From a plasmid, in the sequence record NZ_CP033968.1: a stretch of 64,000 nucleotides of DNA. One strand, given 5' to 3'. The position numbers were made by a program, and so were the translations under genes. Positions 61,340 through 64,000 of this stretch are shown one piece after another (position 1 is the first letter of the stretch; each line of letters starts with the position of its first letter). The notes below the pieces were generated by a model. It had not been told where the DNA came from, did not search any database, and saw nothing but the letters and a program-made list of their open reading frames with translations.

Positions 61340-62485
61340 TTAGCGCTGCTTGATGGCGGCAAGCCGATTCTTAAACGTCCGGACAACCTGCTCATATCGG
61401 TTCAGTGCAGTATTGTCCGGCTTGGTTTCATCCGTACGCCACCGGAAGATGGTCATCTTCGTGACGCCCAGGATGGTAGCAAGATCGGTGTCCGACTCGA
61501 CTTGCAGGTCGTTCGCCCAGCGCCCAAGGATATCGCTCATCGGCCGATTGAACATCTCGCGACGTGCCATGGCCTCAGGCTCTTCGTCGCGCAGCTTTCG
61601 GGCGGCGGTCATAATGTCTGCCGGCACCGAGGCCGTGCGGCCGTAGATATACGAGGAGAGCCGCGGCAGGCCGATGCCGAGTGCTGCGGCAAAGTCCTGG
61701 TTGCGCATTTGCAGATCTGCGCAGATTTGTACCAACTCGAGCTGGTCGGCCGAAAGAGTCTCGTTGCGGTTTGCACGGCGAACCCGCGGCTTAGGCGCGG
61801 CAGGGGCTGGGAGGGCCTCCAGATTCTTGTCCGCTGCGGCGGATTCGGGCGCCGGCGCGACGGGCGCAATCAGAGGATCAAGGTCGAAAACGCCGAGATT
61901 GCTCAATTTCTCTTCTCCATTCAAATGCCTTCGGAAGGCCAGGGCCATTTTCGCAGCAGCAGTCCTGGAATCGATGACCTGGTCCCTATCAATTGGTTCG
62001 CTGTCTACCAAGCCAACATTTTCCAGCTCTTCACCACGCTCTCGCATCTCTTCGATCGAATCGTGGTTGATGGTAAGTGCGAGAGCGTCACGAATGTGCT
62101 CCCGGCAAACATTGCTCGCAATTGCGTAGATTACCGCATAGATCGCGTTTGCCTCGCGCAGCTTATCCAGTTGCTTGGTGGCGAAGAAGACTACCACTAC
62201 TCGCTGCAGGATCTCGTCGACATCGCCAAGATCGACCTTAGACTTCAGAGCTCGTACGCGGCAAATCTTGTGCGTACGCTCATCTGCATACATCGCTTTG
62301 ATGAACCGATCGATGAAGGTCTTCGGGCGCTTGGGATTGTCCAGGAACTCGGCGCTCATGCGCTCAAGTTCCGACGGCTTGCCCGTTGCGGTAGGGGTGT
62401 CAAAGCCGTCAACCTCAGTGGTGTCCACAGGATCGACGCCTTCGTCTTCGGCAGGAATGAATTCGGCTACTTCTTCAGTCACCAT
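61340..62485 (-). CDS. Sigma-70/ECF-like regulatory protein with region-2-like and region-4-like segments plus an extra C-terminal HTH.
   Basis: VVVFFATKQLDKLREANAIYAVIYAIASNVCREHIRD resembles sigma region 2. LSADQLELVQICADLQMRNQDFAAALGIGLPRLSSYIYG resembles region 4. C-terminal DLATILGVTKMTIFRW is a further HTH. Confidence 0.45.
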   Translation of the reverse strand: MVTEEVAEFIPAEDEGVDPVDTTEVDGFDTPTATGKPSELERMSAEFLDNPKRPKTFIDRFIKAMYADERTHKICRVRALKSKVDLGDVDEILQRVVVVFFATKQLDKLREANAIYAVIYAIASNVCREHIRDALALTINHDSIEEMRERGEELENVGLVDSEPIDRDQVIDSRTAAAKMALAFRRHLNGEEKLSNLGVFDLDPLIAPVAPAPESAAADKNLEALPAPAAPKPRVRRANRNETLSADQLELVQICADLQMRNQDFAAALGIGLPRLSSYIYGRTASVPADIMTAARKLRDEEPEAMARREMFNRPMSDILGRWANDLQVESDTDLATILGVTKMTIFRWRTDETKPDNTALNRYEQVVRTFKNRLAAIKQR

Positions 62486-62511
62486 TGAATGGAGTTAGAT
62501 GGACTGTGTTC

Positions 62512-62796
62512 CTAGGTAGCAACCCGGTCAACCACTCGGTCCAGGCGCGGTAGAACTGCGCGTTGCACTTGCTCCACTGAATCCACCAGGTCGAGCATGA
62601 TATGCACGCCGGCTACCAGGATGTCTGACTTCATCTCTGGGTAGAGCAACATTGCGCGTTCCATACGCTTGTTCACAAGAGCGACCGCCTGATCGGCCGA
62701 TTTACCTTCGAGCCGGAGTGCAAGGACCGGGTTTTGGTTCTCTCGCACGCCGAGCGCGTCAAGGCCGATTTCGATAGGGCTGTACTCACGTTGCAT
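62512..62796 (-). CDS. Hypothetical small protein.
   Basis: ORF only. Confidence 0.3.
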   Translation of the reverse strand: MQREYSPIEIGLDALGVRENQNPVLALRLEGKSADQAVALVNKRMERAMLLYPEMKSDILVAGVHIMLDLVDSVEQVQRAVLPRLDRVVDRVAT

Positions 62797-62980
62797 GACT
62801 GTTCCATCCTTGGCCGCCTTCTGCCGAGCGACGCTTTAACAATTATACCTACGGGGCAACACGTGTCAATAAACCAACCAGGCAGATGGTTGGGATACAT
62901 AACACGTACGAATGACCGGAGGGTAATCCCTCAGGCCGGCTTTGGCGCGACTACAGCAGATGCGATCGCGCGGGAACGGA

Positions 62981-63265
62981 TCAGGCTGTGACCTGGACAG
63001 CCATCTCCATGCGGGGGACGAACTTCCGGATCTCGAGGATGTTCTTGGAGGATTTGCTTACAACGGTGAGGCCTGCCAACAAGATTTCCGCACGCGCCTC
63101 GGGGTAGTCCTGGAGCGCATTGCTCATACACGTCATTGCTCGCATCCCCGAGCAGCTGGCGTTCACAAACTTGGAGCACTTCGGTTGACCCTCGGAGTCG
63201 ATGCATCCCATGGATGCCATCCCGATTGTTGTGGCGAGCGACGTTTCCCCGGCGGTTTTGTTCAT
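62981..63265 (-). CDS. Hypothetical small Cys-rich protein.
   Basis: ORF only. Confidence 0.3.
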   Translation of the reverse strand: MNKTAGETSLATTIGMASMGCIDSEGQPKCSKFVNASCSGMRAMTCMSNALQDYPEARAEILLAGLTVVSKSSKNILEIRKFVPRMEMAVQVTA

Positions 63266-63583
63266 CGTGACCTTCCTTGCAGCTATTCGTTTTTGGTTTG
63301 TGCTTGGCCCTTGTTATGTTGGTAACAAGGTGAGATGCATTATAGATACGTGACAAATGTCAGGTCAATTGAAATCGTCCGTAAGTTGTTGTTTTTAAAG
63401 GGGTTTGTTTGCAAAAACGCGTAATGCAAGTTTGGTCACCGAAAACACGTCTGCGTTTTTTCGCTTCTGTAAGTGGCTTAAACGACGCGCGTCGAGCGTT
63501 TTGGTCCAGATTCGGTTTCTCGGCCAGAAAACGGGGCAAAGCAAAAGAAAAACGCCACCCTACAAAGGAGGGTGGCGGGCCAG

Positions 63584-63979
63584 TTAAAGGAAAGGATCTT
63601 CGCTGGAGATGTTCGCGTTCAGTGCCCTCTCTTCCTCAGGGAACAGAGGTAACGAGAACTCATCTGGATGCCGAGCTTGGCGATGGAGCTTGGCCTGCCA
63701 GTAATCCTTAGCGGCGTCGGTCGTTTCTTCAGCGTGGTCGGTCATCGCTGCCGCTGCCCCAGGCAAGCCTGTCGGTACAGTCGGTACAGAGTGCTTCGAG
63801 ACCGAGGCGCGCTTCCCATTCATTGGCTTGTCAGCCATTTCTGGTGTGGGCAGAGTTGCCGGCCGTTGAGCAGCAGGCACCCGTTTCGGAGTTCGCGCCT
63901 CCGGCGGAGATGGTTGCCGCTGGTGCTCCATGGGCGCCCGTCGAAGCAGCTCCAGAGAGCTTGGTCCTCGCCGGCGCAC
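63584..63979 (-). CDS. Hypothetical Pro-rich protein, possibly incomplete at the window edge.
   Basis: ORF only. An overlapping plus-strand ORF makes the strand assignment uncertain. Confidence 0.2.
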   Translation of the reverse strand: MRRRGPSSLELLRRAPMEHQRQPSPPEARTPKRVPAAQRPATLPTPEMADKPMNGKRASVSKHSVPTVPTGLPGAAAAMTDHAEETTDAAKDYWQAKLHRQARHPDEFSLPLFPEEERALNANISSEDPFL

Positions 63980-64000
63980 GGGGCGCTCGACTTCGATGCA

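Overview
High-GC betaproteobacterial-type DNA (Burkholderiales-like codon usage) that reads as a mosaic of mobile and plasmid-like modules rather than core chromosome. (1) 1-7417: the right portion of a Tn3-family transposon. It carries a cupin/cysteine-dioxygenase-like passenger gene, a tyrosine recombinase and a divergently transcribed KfrA-like coiled-coil gene with an AT-rich 133-bp site between them (a Tn4651-like tnpS-rst-tnpT arrangement), a hypothetical gene, and the ~1000-aa DDE transposase TnpA. Its terminal inverted repeat is translated into the last residues of an L-asparaginase II ORF, which is truncated by the insertion. (2) 7.4-13 kb: a minus-strand operon for L-asparaginase II, a polar amino-acid ABC transporter (ATPase, two permeases, periplasmic binding protein) and an MmgE/PrpD-family protein. 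About 1 kb with no convincing gene follows, then an LPS heptosyltransferase (GT9). (3) 15.9-19.3 kb: an HNH-domain protein translationally coupled (ATGA overlap) to an unusually large (714 aa) tyrosine recombinase. It is followed (19.3-30 kb) by a lower-GC cargo island of uncharacterised genes. These include two PD-(D/E)xK nuclease-like proteins, a 528-aa protein of unknown function, several small proteins, an XRE-family regulator, and an ATP-dependent DNA ligase gene inactivated by a TAG codon at the catalytic-lysine position. (4) 31.4-34.0 kb: a complete IS66-family element (tnpA-tnpB-tnpC, imperfect terminal IRs, 8-bp target duplication GGACGTGT) inserted into an SRAP/YedK-like (MCxx N-terminus) gene. 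(5) 35.7-41.9 kb: a complete plasmid-type maintenance and replication module. It comprises parA-parB; a downstream array of 9 copies (plus one distant copy) of a 15-bp perfect palindrome TTTTCAC(C/G)GTGAAAA, parS-like; a Rep-type initiator gene on the minus strand; and an oriV with an AT-rich stretch, a perfect DnaA box and 13 direct 22-bp iterons plus 2 inverted copies. (6) 42.4-51.4 kb: a DUF736-like protein, two large sensor GGDEF-EAL proteins (one with degenerate catalytic motifs, one intact) and an HDOD protein. (7) 51.5-64 kb: a 5'-3' exonuclease (FEN family), a PAPS-reductase-family (PP-loop) protein, a co-oriented operon of nine small hypothetical genes around an orphan N6-adenine DNA methyltransferase, and a sigma-70/ECF-like regulator with an extra HTH. 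No rRNA, tRNA or CRISPR was found. Most promising for novelty are the HNH-integrase pair with its adjacent nuclease-rich cargo cluster, and the leading-region-like small-gene/MTase/PAPS-reductase block.
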